Assembly (NCBI GenBank): GCA_018402015.1
Contig: JAGYJL010000006.1
Coordinates: 5,889-69,888, forward strand
Origin: Flavobacteriales bacterium
Lineage (GTDB): Bacteria > Bacteroidota > Bacteroidia > UBA10329
Length of the DNA: 64,000 nt
Direction: 5' to 3'
This document shows, piece after piece, positions 1 through 8,346 of this stretch (its first letter is position 1; every line of letters begins with the position of its first letter). The translations under genes were made by a program, and so were the position numbers. The notes below the pieces were generated by a model. It worked only from the letters and a program-made list of their open reading frames with translations. It was not told the DNA's origin and ran no database searches.

Positions 1-478
1 TTGAAAAGCAATAGCCTTCTTTCGGAATTCCGATGAAGTTCTTGTCGATCTTTCCGCTGCTGTTCTCATCCTGATAAACGGCAATGGCGTATTCGCCATA
101 CTCTCTATCTGTTATCAGCGCGGTGAGCGTATTACCAACCGGAATGAACTTGTACTCTTTCAGTTGCGCTTCCAACTTTAGAAAACGTTCTTTCTTGTTG
201 TAGAGACCGACCATTACCGGAGCATCTGCCGATCTCAGGTTTTGTATAACCAGTGTCATCGGTTCACGGTTCGACTTTTTCGCATCCTTCGCTTTGCTCT
301 GTTTCTTCTCCTTACTCGGTTCTTTGCCTGCATCGGTTTCATTCGACTCGTCCTCATCAATGGTTTCGTAAACAATGGTGGTCGGGCCGTCATCGTCATC
401 CGCTTTTTTCTTTGCGCAATGCATCAGCGAAAGCGCAAGCGAGATATAAAGTAGCATGGCGGGAATACGTGTTCTCAT
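1..478 (-). CDS. DUF2141 domain lipoprotein (3' end runs off the window)
   Basis: An open minus-strand frame starts at ATG 478. It is absent from the ORF track because there is no stop in the window. It reads MRTRIPAMLLYISLALSLMHC (lipobox) ... LVIQNLRSADAPVMVGLYNKKERF ... YAIAVYQDENSSGKIDKNFIGIPKEGYCFS, which is DUF2141-like. There is an ATGA overlap with the stop of the upstream gene at 475. Confidence 0.7.
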   Translation of the reverse strand, partial: MRTRIPAMLLYISLALSLMHCAKKKADDDDGPTTIVYETIDEDESNETDAGKEPSKEKKQSKAKDAKKSNREPMTLVIQNLRSADAPVMVGLYNKKERFLKLEAQLKEYKFIPVGNTLTALITDREYGEYAIAVYQDENSSGKIDKNFIGIPKEGYCFS

Positions 479-1560
479 GAGTTGGTCTTTTTTGCCTTAT
501 CGGCAGTTGTAACTTCCGGTTCACCCATAAGAAAACCCCAAGGCTTCAAGTGGTCAAACAAGTCGAAGATGAGTTTGATGATGGCTACTAGCGGGATAGA
601 GAGAAACATGCCCGGAATGCCCCAGAGCATGCCACCCAAAATGACCGCAAACACCGAAACAAGCGCATTGAGCTGCACTTTGGAGCCGAGCACTTTGGGA
701 ACAATGATGTTGTTGTCTATAAACTGAATAAGACCATAAAGCAGTACCACATACAGCACGTAAATGGGCGGTTTTGTAACCAACGCGATGGCCGCAAAGA
801 GCAACATGGTCATCAATCCACCCAGGTAGGGGATAAGATTGAGCAATCCGCCAATGACGCCTAGAACAACCGCATATTCAATGCCCAACAAGAGCAGGCC
901 TGCGCAGTCGAGCACGGTTACGATGACGAATTGAATGAACAATGCAGATAGGTAGTTTTTGATAATTCCGGAAACATCCGAAACCACTTTGTCTATGCTT
1001 TCCATACTGGTGGTAGCAAACAGCCGATGAACGAATTGAAGCAGGTGCCTTTCGTAGAGCAGCATGAGGAACACGTAAACCGGAGTAAGGAACATGGTGG
1101 CCAAAACACCACTCATGGCAGTAAGTGTCACACCAATGGCGGCATTGCTGTCGTTCATCAGATCGTTCTTCGAATCGGTCATCCAGAGGTTCACCTTCCA
1201 TCTGCGAATGTGGAACTGTTCCGAGATCCAGCGAACGGCCTTATCCAGCAGGGCTTCAAGCTTGGTCATCAGTTCGGGCAGACCCGTATCCAACATATCA
1301 ATGCGCCAAGCAACGAATAGGAGCAAGGCTGCCATCAGTACCGAAGCCAAGGAAAGCACCACAGAAATGGCCACAAAGCGACTCATTCTCCACCGCTCCA
1401 AAAAACTGACAATGGGGTTGAGGAGAATGGTGATAATGGCTGCGTAGATAAGCGGGAGGATGATCTCCTGTCCGATGTATAAGATGTAAATGGATACGCA
1501 GAATCCGATGAGCAGGAATGTGGCCTTTGCGTAAAAGGGCAGCTTGATAGGCGGGTTCAT
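475..1560 (-). CDS. AI-2E family transporter (PerM/UPF0118 permease)
   Basis: This is a 361-aa polytopic membrane protein. Its C-terminal block LNLIPYLGG...FIDNNIIVPKVLGSKVQLNALVSVFAVILGGMLWGIPGMFLSIPL is typical of the AI-2E family. Confidence 0.85.
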   Translation of the reverse strand: MNPPIKLPFYAKATFLLIGFCVSIYILYIGQEIILPLIYAAIITILLNPIVSFLERWRMSRFVAISVVLSLASVLMAALLLFVAWRIDMLDTGLPELMTKLEALLDKAVRWISEQFHIRRWKVNLWMTDSKNDLMNDSNAAIGVTLTAMSGVLATMFLTPVYVFLMLLYERHLLQFVHRLFATTSMESIDKVVSDVSGIIKNYLSALFIQFVIVTVLDCAGLLLLGIEYAVVLGVIGGLLNLIPYLGGLMTMLLFAAIALVTKPPIYVLYVVLLYGLIQFIDNNIIVPKVLGSKVQLNALVSVFAVILGGMLWGIPGMFLSIPLVAIIKLIFDLFDHLKPWGFLMGEPEVTTADKAKKTNS

Positions 1561-1562
1561 TC

Positions 1563-1997
1563 CTAGTGTTCGGCAAGGATCTCTTCGTCAATATCCTCGG
1601 CTTCTTCCGCTTCCTCGTCAACTGGGGAACTTCTGAACAGATTGATGAATCCGAGGCCGATGGATCTTATCATCTCGGGGTTGTTGGTTATGACATTCGT
1701 AACCCCGAACATGAGCGCTGTGCCCATCAGTTTTCGGGCTGGGCTGTGCGTTTCTCCTTCGAAAAGTGATTTTGAAACATATCCGACCGCCATACCTACC
1801 GATGCGTTCATCAGGTCTTCCTTCAGGTCGCGCGAGTGAATGGCCTCTTTTACCGTGCTTTTGATGATGTTGATCGGTTGAATTCCTTCGTAAGCCACTA
1901 GAAATTCCTCTTTCAGAGAAACGCCATCTTGCTTCTGGGCCAATTCAAGGGCAACAATGGCTGCTCGTAATTCTGTTGACGATGTGATGTTTTGCAT
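1563..1997 (-). CDS. hypothetical protein, third gene of the YtxH/holin-like cluster
   Basis: ATG at 1997 gives 144 aa (MQNITSSTELRAAIVALELAQ...) with an acidic tail DEEAEEAEDIDEEILAEH. The 248-aa track ORF only extends upstream by reading through the palindromic repeat at 2028-2129. The stop lies 2 nt before the AI-2E start. Confidence 0.6.
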   Translation of the reverse strand: MQNITSSTELRAAIVALELAQKQDGVSLKEEFLVAYEGIQPINIIKSTVKEAIHSRDLKEDLMNASVGMAVGYVSKSLFEGETHSPARKLMGTALMFGVTNVITNNPEMIRSIGLGFINLFRSSPVDEEAEEAEDIDEEILAEH

Positions 1998-2027
1998 GGT
2001 TTTATCTCTATAAGGGGCTGTCTCAAA

Positions 2028-2129
2028 ATCCGTCATTGCGACCGTGAGGCACGAAACGGGAAGCAATCTCATGCAGATTCTGTGCTTGTTTCCGAAAGAT
2101 TGCTTCGGTCGTGCCTCCCTCGCAATGAC
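2028..2129. repeat. Intergenic palindromic element, family 1 copy A (CCGTCATTGCGA ... GAAGCAATCT // AGATTGCTTC ... TCGCAATGACGG)
   Basis: The left arm (2028-2067) and right arm (2095-2129) are imperfect reverse complements. The outer 12 bp and inner 10 bp are perfect. The same termini recur at 44789-44862. Confidence 0.75.
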
Positions 2130-2158
2130 GGGAGGACGGCTTTTGAGACAGTCCCGCA

Positions 2159-2542
2159 CTATGCAAGTGCTTCCTTTATGATGAGTTTGCTTATTGGCCC
2201 TTTGATCCATTTGCGGAGGAAAAAGTGAAGTACCAGACCTACCACGAGGTAGAATAGCGCCACGATGAAAAAGCCGTAGTACGCCTTGCCTAGCAAATCG
2301 CCAAGCCACAGCGCCACTCCAATATTGAAGACAATGGTGAAGAGCACCACCATTGCAGTGACGCTCAATACCGTTATCAACGAGGTGGCAACGATAGTTG
2401 TCGCCTCTAAGGATTTCAGCTTTGCGAGCTCGTAACTGATGCTGCCAAAGGTTTCGACCTTGCCATACAGTTTTTCGAATTCGCTGGCCTCTTGCTCCGT
2501 TTTCAAGCCATTAATCTTTTGGATGAATGGCCTTGGCAGCAT
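2159..2542 (-). CDS. phage holin family (Holin-X-like) small membrane protein
   Basis: This 127-aa protein has an N-terminal amphipathic region followed by two hydrophobic helices (TTIVATSLITVLSVTAMVVLFTIVF, YYGFFIVALFYLVVGLVLHFFL). It lies immediately downstream of ytxH, the usual Bacteroidota pairing. Confidence 0.6.
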   Translation of the reverse strand: MLPRPFIQKINGLKTEQEASEFEKLYGKVETFGSISYELAKLKSLEATTIVATSLITVLSVTAMVVLFTIVFNIGVALWLGDLLGKAYYGFFIVALFYLVVGLVLHFFLRKWIKGPISKLIIKEALA

Positions 2543-2797
2543 CGGTCAAAAGTTCTTCTGCCTTGGCCTGTCCGTTGTGGCTCACTTTCTGCGCCTCAGC
2601 CGTCATCTGCTCAAACTTCTCGGTCACACTTTCCATGAACTCATGGAATTTGTCTTCCAAACCTTCTGCATATTCGTTGCTCTTTTTCGAGATTTTCTTG
2701 CGCGTGTTCGAACCTTTGTCTGGTGCAAAGAGGATTCCCAAAGTGGCCCTGCGGCAGCTCCTGCCAATACGCCCAATAATATTTTACCTGTGTCCAT
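2511..2797 (-). pseudogene. YtxH domain protein, split by a 1-nt frameshift in a G/C run (2748-2750)
   Basis: ATG 2797 encodes MDTGKILLGVLAGAAAG. The frame is then lost, and the +1 frame continues ATLGILFAPDKGSNTRKKISKK...AEELLTDAAKAIHPKD (track ORF 2511-2741). One extra G in the GGG run would restore the canonical YtxH N-terminus. Confidence 0.75.
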
Positions 2798-2829
2798 AAT
2801 GCTGTTTTCTTTTAGTTGTTTGTTGGGGT

Positions 2830-2896
2830 AAAGTTCATGCCGCGCTACGCTGGTTTCTGTTACACAACGCTGTGAAAGAGTTACATCATTCACACA
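2830..2896 (-). promoter_or_regulatory. Tripartite island element, copy a (upstream of the ytxH operon)
   Basis: The minus strand reads TGTGTGAATGATGTAAC-N16-GTAAC-N22-GAACTTT. The element ends 32 nt before ATG 2797. Confidence 0.6.
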
Positions 2897-3145
2897 TTGG
2901 TTTGCGAAAAAGGGGAATAAGAAGAACGAAAAAAGGGAATAAGAAAAAAGTATGGAGGCACAGAAGCAGCCACAATCTATAATCGTTGTTCGCCAATCAA
3001 AACGCAAGAAAGCCCCCGTTTGGCGAGACTTTCTGAGCCCAGCTAGGATATTAGAACATGAAAGACAAACCCGCATAAGCAGAGTAGGTCTTAACATGTG
3101 CTCCATCAAAGCACGAGTTATGAATCTGCCTCAGTTGCTTTGCTG

Positions 3146-3760
3146 TCATCGCTGATGTCTAAAAAGGCCATAAACACCACGGAAACCGATACCCAAACGA
3201 AGGGTTCGAGAAGGATTAAGGCCAAAATCAACCCCCGCACCATAAGCGATTCCAATGTCGCCAGCTTTTACAACTACCAATGGCCTTACGGTTGTTCCGC
3301 TGGCGCTATCCGTAGTTTTTACTTCACCACCTGCACTGATTCCGATCTGAGGACCAACCACCAGATTTCCATTCACACGTCTCGATTTTCCTGTGTTGAG
3401 CGAGAAAAGCAGTGGAATGTTCACGTATCGCAGATTCACTCTGTGTTCCGTGTCCTGCTCCTTGTAGCGTTGCGAAACGGAATTGTAAATGATCTCGCCC
3501 TGCAAGCCGACATGTGGCGTGAAATTGACCCCCACAAATACACCAACGCCATAGCCGAAGGTTAGTTGGCCTTTGACGGATTCGCCAGCTGCGTTTCGCA
3601 TTTCAAAATTGCTGATGGTGGGCATGAAGCGCGCACCGATCTCTACCTTCTTGTTCTCCGGTGGCGTTGATCCATCCTGCGCTTTTGCAGTTCCTACCGA
3701 AACACCGAGCATACTTACCATTACCGTAGCAACCATTACGTTGCCTCTTAGCTTTTTCAT
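3146..3760 (-). CDS. outer membrane beta-barrel (porin-family) protein
   Basis: MKKLRGNVMVATVMVSMLGVSVGTAKAQ is a signal peptide. It is followed by alternating-hydrophobicity strands (GARFMPTISNFEM, LTFGYGVGVFVGVNF, GLQGEIIYNSV, YVNIPLLFSL, IGIAYGAGVDFGL). The start was chosen at ATG 3760. Confidence 0.7.
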   Translation of the reverse strand: MKKLRGNVMVATVMVSMLGVSVGTAKAQDGSTPPENKKVEIGARFMPTISNFEMRNAAGESVKGQLTFGYGVGVFVGVNFTPHVGLQGEIIYNSVSQRYKEQDTEHRVNLRYVNIPLLFSLNTGKSRRVNGNLVVGPQIGISAGGEVKTTDSASGTTVRPLVVVKAGDIGIAYGAGVDFGLNPSRTLRLGIGFRGVYGLFRHQR

Positions 3761-3782
3761 GTTTTCTTTTCTTATTGTTAAG

Positions 3783-3849
3783 CGAAGGTCGGTTGGGGCA
3801 AGAGCCACTTCGTTACACATGCCCGTCCTACTATTACATCATTCACACA
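3783..3849 (-). promoter_or_regulatory. Tripartite island element, copy b (upstream of the OM beta-barrel gene)
   Basis: The minus strand reads TGTGTGAATGATGTAAT-N16-GTAAC-N22-ACCTTCG. The element ends 22 nt before ATG 3760. Confidence 0.6.
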
Positions 3850-3867
3850 TTCTGAGAATGGGATCAT

Positions 3868-6282
3868 TTATATCATGATGTTCACCAACCCGGTATGCTT
3901 GGCCTTGCGCGCCAAGGCTGCAGTTGCCGATCTGCCGGCACGTTTACTGCGTTTATTATCACCAACGCTAAGTCGCGCCATGAGGTAACTCACAGTCGAT
4001 TCGGCACCTTGATTGAGGTTCACGTGGGTTTCTTCCAATCCATCGTAGCAACCACCTGTTCCGGGATTGTAAATGATCTGGTGGAGGTGGTTTTTCCCGA
4101 GGAACCAATTGAAGGCTGAAACCTCTTTTTCAAGGTATTTTTCATCGTGAAAGGCCTTGTAGAAGGCATCCAAGGCAAGAACCGTGTAAGCCACATCTAT
4201 GGGTTGCTCGCCACCCTTTATTATCGGCAGATAGCTCTCTTCCTTGTAAAGCCAGGTCTTGTTAGAAATGACCTGCATGTTGGTTCCGTTAAAGGTCTTT
4301 GAAAGGAGAAAGTCGAAGGATCTCTGTGCAATATCTCGGTACAGAAAATCGCCAGTTACCATCCATGCGCAAAGCATGGCTTCGGGCAAAACGCTGTTGG
4401 CGTAGGTCAGGTAAGCTTCAAACCAATGCCATTCTTCGGTTTCCTCGTGTCGGTACATCTGCACTAGGCGGTCGGCCAGTTTGCGCATCAATGGCCGATA
4501 ACTTGCATCGTTACCGGCCATGGTTCGATAGTACAATCCTTTCATAACAAACGCCATGGCGCGCGATGAGTGCATGCCGCTTACATTCTGCAATCCACGT
4601 TGCAGCAATTTATCAGCAGCTTTGGCCAGTTTTTTTGGCAACAGATGGCTCATCGAAACCAGATAACCCAAGGCCCAAATGGCGCGTCCATTGGCATCTT
4701 CAAGATTAGTGGTAGCATTCTGATCGGTGAATTCCTCCGCTTCATTCACATAATTGAGAAAGTAGCCCGATGGCTGCAAACAATATTGGATGAAGTTAAA
4801 GTAGGTCTGAATGTAAGCCACATCCGTTTGGTTGCCCGAGGTTTCAAAATGCTTACATGTGGCAATCAGGGCCCGTGCATTATCATCCAAGGTGTAACCA
4901 GAAGTAATGTCTGGACGGTCGATAACAGAGAACTGAATCATTCCGAAATCAGTGGTCAATCGTTTCATGTGATCCAGATTGATAACCGGCAAGCTGTATT
5001 GCAATGGTTTGCCATCTGGAAGAAGGTCTTTGAACAACCTGGCGTGTGCAATGGCCGAATTCTGCCATGCGGTAGATGCCATGCGATGCCGTCCGTTCGA
5101 ACTCATGCTATCCGTCAATTCAGAATTGCTGAGAAGTTGGTTGACAGCCCGTGCCAATTGCTGCGAATCGTCAAAATCGAAGATGATGCCTACATCGTCT
5201 CCCAACACTTCCTGCGCATGCGGAATAGGCGTTGAAACAATCGGACAGCCAGAGCTGATGGCATACGAGAAAGTGCCGCTTACGGCCTGCTCGGGATCGT
5301 TTGAAGTGAACAGATAAATGTCTGTGGCCTGTAGGTATTCGAGCAGTTCGGGAAGTGGCAGAAATCGATTAACGAAGCGTGTGTGCTGCTCCAAATTCAA
5401 GTTCTTGATCAGCGTTTCCAGCTTTTGGCGGTAACGCTCTCCTTCGTTTTTCACTACCGATGGATGCGTTATTCCAATGATCAGGAACATCACATCGGGG
5501 TTCTCAAAAATGATAGAAGGCAGGGCTTTGAGCGTGGTTTCAATGCTTTTGCCAGCACTCAACAGCCCGAATGTGGAAAGCACGTGCTTGCCGGTCAGTC
5601 CGTATTTGGCTTTCAACTCTGATTTATTGGCGTGTGGTAGGAGGTGGGTGCCATGCGAAATGATGCTGATCTTCTCTAGATCCACGTCATATTCTTCATG
5701 TAGCGTTTGAGCCGATGACCGTGTCATCACGACCACCGAAGCGGCCGCTGCAGCAATGCTTTGCACATTGGCTTTCAATGCGCTGTTCGGGTCTGGCAAT
5801 ATGGTGTGAAAAACCACCACAACAGGCTGATGAATAGCTTCTATCAGCGCCACAAAACCCTCTTCATTCTTGGCGAAAAAACCAAACTCGTGCTGCAACA
5901 CCACCAGATCGATGGCTGCATTGGCATTGATCTTTTCGGCCAATTGATAAAAGGAATGCTTATGATCGGTGTTGAGTGTGTAATGAACCTTTCCCGTGTA
6001 TTCGTGCTGTTCGGCATCGTTCTGCAGTGCGCAAATACTGAACTTGAATGATTGCTTGAATTTGTTGGTCAATGCGCGTATCAGATCCTGCGTATAGGTA
6101 GCAATACCGCACTCTCTTGGCGGATAAGATGTGATGAACAGAATCTCTGGCAAGGGCACGGCCATGTTCCTAGCCTTCTTGTTCTTCATCGGCCAACTTC
6201 TTCGCGTTCCATTTTCCGAAAAATGGGATGAATCTGACTCTTTATAAAGTTTTACTGCTGTGCTTGTCTCTGGTGTTCTCAT
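3868..6282 (-). CDS. GT4-family glycosyltransferase fused to a ~370-aa C-terminal domain of unknown function
   Basis: The N-terminal half has GT-B/GT4 features (LFITSYPPRECGIATYTQDL; ...DIYLFTSNDPEQAVSGTFSYAISSGCPIVSTP). The C-terminal half (from ~DHMKRLTTDFGMIQFS...YTLDDNARALI) has no GT motif. ATG 6282 overlaps the stop of the upstream GH130 remnant (ATGA). Alternative starts are at 6189 and 6165. Confidence 0.75.
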   Translation of the reverse strand: MRTPETSTAVKLYKESDSSHFSENGTRRSWPMKNKKARNMAVPLPEILFITSYPPRECGIATYTQDLIRALTNKFKQSFKFSICALQNDAEQHEYTGKVHYTLNTDHKHSFYQLAEKINANAAIDLVVLQHEFGFFAKNEEGFVALIEAIHQPVVVVFHTILPDPNSALKANVQSIAAAAASVVVMTRSSAQTLHEEYDVDLEKISIISHGTHLLPHANKSELKAKYGLTGKHVLSTFGLLSAGKSIETTLKALPSIIFENPDVMFLIIGITHPSVVKNEGERYRQKLETLIKNLNLEQHTRFVNRFLPLPELLEYLQATDIYLFTSNDPEQAVSGTFSYAISSGCPIVSTPIPHAQEVLGDDVGIIFDFDDSQQLARAVNQLLSNSELTDSMSSNGRHRMASTAWQNSAIAHARLFKDLLPDGKPLQYSLPVINLDHMKRLTTDFGMIQFSVIDRPDITSGYTLDDNARALIATCKHFETSGNQTDVAYIQTYFNFIQYCLQPSGYFLNYVNEAEEFTDQNATTNLEDANGRAIWALGYLVSMSHLLPKKLAKAADKLLQRGLQNVSGMHSSRAMAFVMKGLYYRTMAGNDASYRPLMRKLADRLVQMYRHEETEEWHWFEAYLTYANSVLPEAMLCAWMVTGDFLYRDIAQRSFDFLLSKTFNGTNMQVISNKTWLYKEESYLPIIKGGEQPIDVAYTVLALDAFYKAFHDEKYLEKEVSAFNWFLGKNHLHQIIYNPGTGGCYDGLEETHVNLNQGAESTVSYLMARLSVGDNKRSKRAGRSATAALARKAKHTGLVNIMI

Positions 6283-7305
6283 ATCGGTTTCTTGTTGGTC
6301 AATAGTTCATTTATCAATTCGGCAAGGTTGAGGGTTGCGCAGGCAATCTGCTCGTCTGCGGCACCGTAGTAGATGTAAAGCGTCTCGTCAAACACCACCG
6401 CCCCCGTTGGAAAACAGACGTTGTTCACTTCGCCCACCAGTTCCCAATCCAGTTCGGGTTTGAAGAAGCGGATAGGGCAAGCGTGCAATTTCCTTTCGGG
6501 ATCGTCAAGGTCGAGGAGGGGCACAGGCCGTGTACACATATCCCTTTGGTGTATCGTGCACACCATGATAGATGATGAGCCAGCCATGTTCGGTCTCAAT
6601 GGGCGGACAGCCACCACCAATGTAACACCTCGTGTCGGTGCTTCGATGTAAGCACGATATGCTTTCATCGAAATTCAAAAAGTAATCCTGCCAGAATTCG
6701 GGCGTCAGGTTTTTGAGTTCGCGCACCGATACGAACTGAATATCTGGCCGAATACGATGCAAGAAGCACAGATTGCCGTTTATTCTACGTGGGAAATCAC
6801 GTTCTTATTCCAGACGAACTTGTTGAGGTTCTGTCCTTCACTGCCTTGCCACGGCGATTGTAGCGCATGTATTTTTCGTTGATGGCAGTCTTACAACTTA
6901 TCGAATGAATGAATTCGTGGTACGAGATCTTCCGGACGATGGGCCCGCGTTTTTCCCAATGGATCGGGTCGGTAGATGTGGCCAACGCGCCAAGGCATTC
7001 ACACCGTCATAGGCGGTGTAGGTAGGAATAGTAGAGACCGTTTATCTCGGTAATGCGCGGGTCCTCCAACCTTGCGCTTCGTACGGCGAGGGAACAGCAA
7101 GGGGAGGTGTCGCGCCTTTCGGCCACGGTTTCGGGTCCGTTCAACACGCAATATCAATAGTTGAATAATTGCCTTTTCCTACCGCCCGATAGAATAGATG
7201 AACACTGTCTGCTACACGAATAGCTGCTGGATTGAGCACACCCTCGCTCTCAAATTCCAGTGTTCGCTTACTCAGAATAATGCCTCTCTTATCAACCGCT
7301 ATCAT
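6279..7305 (-). pseudogene. GH130-family glycosidase/phosphorylase, decayed by multiple frameshifts
   Basis: GH130-like segments are spread over all three minus-strand frames. They are MIAVDKRGIILSKRTLEFESEGVLNPAAIRVADSVHLFYRAVGKGNYSTI; YCVLNGPETVAERRDTSP; SPYEAQG / LEDPRITEINGLYY; PTYTAYDGVNALA; LATSTDPIHWEKRGPIV; HRIRPDIQFV...PPIETEHGWLIIYHGV; and LLDLDDPERKL...CFPTGAVVFDETLYIYYGAADEQIACATL. At least five frame changes are needed to join them. Confidence 0.8.
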
Positions 7306-7353
7306 GAAGTTCCGTTTTTCGGTCCGTCATTCTCCAACAGACCTTCTGTTGTT

Positions 7354-7420
7354 CAAAGGTCTCTATGGGGAGGTGGCTTTGCCTTACACAATGGGAGGGA
7401 ATAGTTACATCATTCACACA
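7354..7420 (-). promoter_or_regulatory. Tripartite island element, copy c (upstream of the GH130 remnant / GT4 operon)
   Basis: The minus strand reads TGTGTGAATGATGTAAC-N16-GTAAG-N22-ACCTTTG. The element ends 23-48 nt before the candidate starts at 7330 and 7305. Confidence 0.6.
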
Positions 7421-7432
7421 TCGGTTGCATAC

Positions 7433-7466
7433 AAAAAAAACACCCCGACCCAATGGTCGAGGTGTT
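7433..7466 (-). terminator. Rho-independent terminator of the CHRD-like lipoprotein gene
   Basis: On the minus strand, ACACCTCGACC-attg-GGTCGGGGTGT is followed by TTTTTTTT, 25 nt after the stop at 7491. Confidence 0.8.
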
Positions 7467-7490
7467 TCTGAGGGCTATGGAAAAAGAACC

Positions 7491-8309
7491 TTAGTTGGTT
7501 CCGATGTTTCCTTGGCAGATTACATTTGCCATAAGCAAGGCTGATTCGTGAATGGCCAGGTAGCCATCATACACCAACATATTATCGTAATTAACCGGTG
7601 TTTGGTCATCCAACACAAGAAGGTTGGTGTAGCTTTTACCAGTCGCTCCATCAACCGGATTTAGCGTTTTTACCGATGGGCCTCCGCCTACTGTTTCTAC
7701 CGAGCCAATGTGAATGATGGCCGGATGTGTTCCGCCAGCAAGGGTTCCTGTCAAGGAGATCGTAACCAGCGTTTTGCCATTCTTACGTTTTTGAAACAAG
7801 GCTGTTCCCGCAACGCCTGATGCGTTTGTTACATCCAGATTATAGTTTTTACTTGTAGTTGTAAGCGCATTTCCACCAATGTCGGTCTGGCCAATGATGG
7901 TGCCTAGATCGAGGGCGCTCTGATGCACATTCAGATAACCGTTGTAAACGAGCAATTGATTGTAGTTGATGGAGCTATTGTTGTCAAGCTTGGTCACTTG
8001 CGTAGAACTGTATCCATTCACCACTGGATTAAGCGACAAAGTGATGGAACCGCCTTCTACAGCCGAGTTCATGTGAATGTGTGATGGGTGGCTGTCGGAA
8101 TCGCCTCCAACAAGGGTAACATCAATGGTGGTAACCGTTGCGCTGGTCTCCGTAAAGGTCACCGTTCCAGTAATTCCGAGCTGATCCTTAACCTGAATGT
8201 CATAGACGGTTTTGTTCAGTTCTGGGCTTTCGTCTTTGATGCAGCCGACTCCCAAAATAACTGCGAATGCGACACTGGTACTTAGCAGAATGCTATTGGT
8301 AATTTTCAT
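7491..8309 (-). CDS. lipoprotein with two tandem CHRD-like domains
   Basis: The lipobox is AVILGVGC. There are two internal repeats, each carrying an H-x2-I-H ... GG ... LNPV ... Y(N/D)GYL(N/A)(V/I)H(Q/E)SAL pattern (HPSHIHMNSAVEGGSITLSLNPV / HPAIIHIGSVETVGGGPSVKTLNPV). Confidence 0.55.
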   Translation of the reverse strand: MKITNSILLSTSVAFAVILGVGCIKDESPELNKTVYDIQVKDQLGITGTVTFTETSATVTTIDVTLVGGDSDSHPSHIHMNSAVEGGSITLSLNPVVNGYSSTQVTKLDNNSSINYNQLLVYNGYLNVHQSALDLGTIIGQTDIGGNALTTTSKNYNLDVTNASGVAGTALFQKRKNGKTLVTISLTGTLAGGTHPAIIHIGSVETVGGGPSVKTLNPVDGATGKSYTNLLVLDDQTPVNYDNMLVYDGYLAIHESALLMANVICQGNIGTN

Positions 8310-8346
8310 TTTGTTTTAGTTGAAGTGTGAAAGAATTTCCACGCTG

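Noticed and set aside
1563-2309. A 248-aa track ORF suggesting a much longer protein.
   Set aside because: The upstream 104 codons read straight through the palindromic repeat (2028-2129) and overlap the holin-like gene. The protein-like part starts at ATG 1997.
2624-3109. A 161-aa minus-strand ORF.
   Set aside because: Only the 17 codons after ATG 2797 (MDTGKILLGVLAGAAAG) look like real protein, namely the YtxH N-terminus before the frameshift. The rest is low-complexity read-through of the promoter region.
3098-3160. A possible frameshift at the 3' end of the OM beta-barrel gene. The protein ends GVYGLFRHQR, while another frame reads DISDDSKATEADS.
   Set aside because: The alternative frame also terminates within 16 codons and does not restore a terminal beta-strand with an aromatic end. 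The evidence is too weak to call a lesion.
4570-5235. A 221-aa plus-strand ORF (and other long antisense ORFs at 18987-19526, 35172-35696, 57860-58432 and 61769-62347).
   Set aside because: Each lies entirely antisense to a well-supported gene (GT4, nhaD, the E2 gene, pyrG, the K channel/RmlD-like genes), and none shows a recognisable motif. They are typical shadow ORFs.
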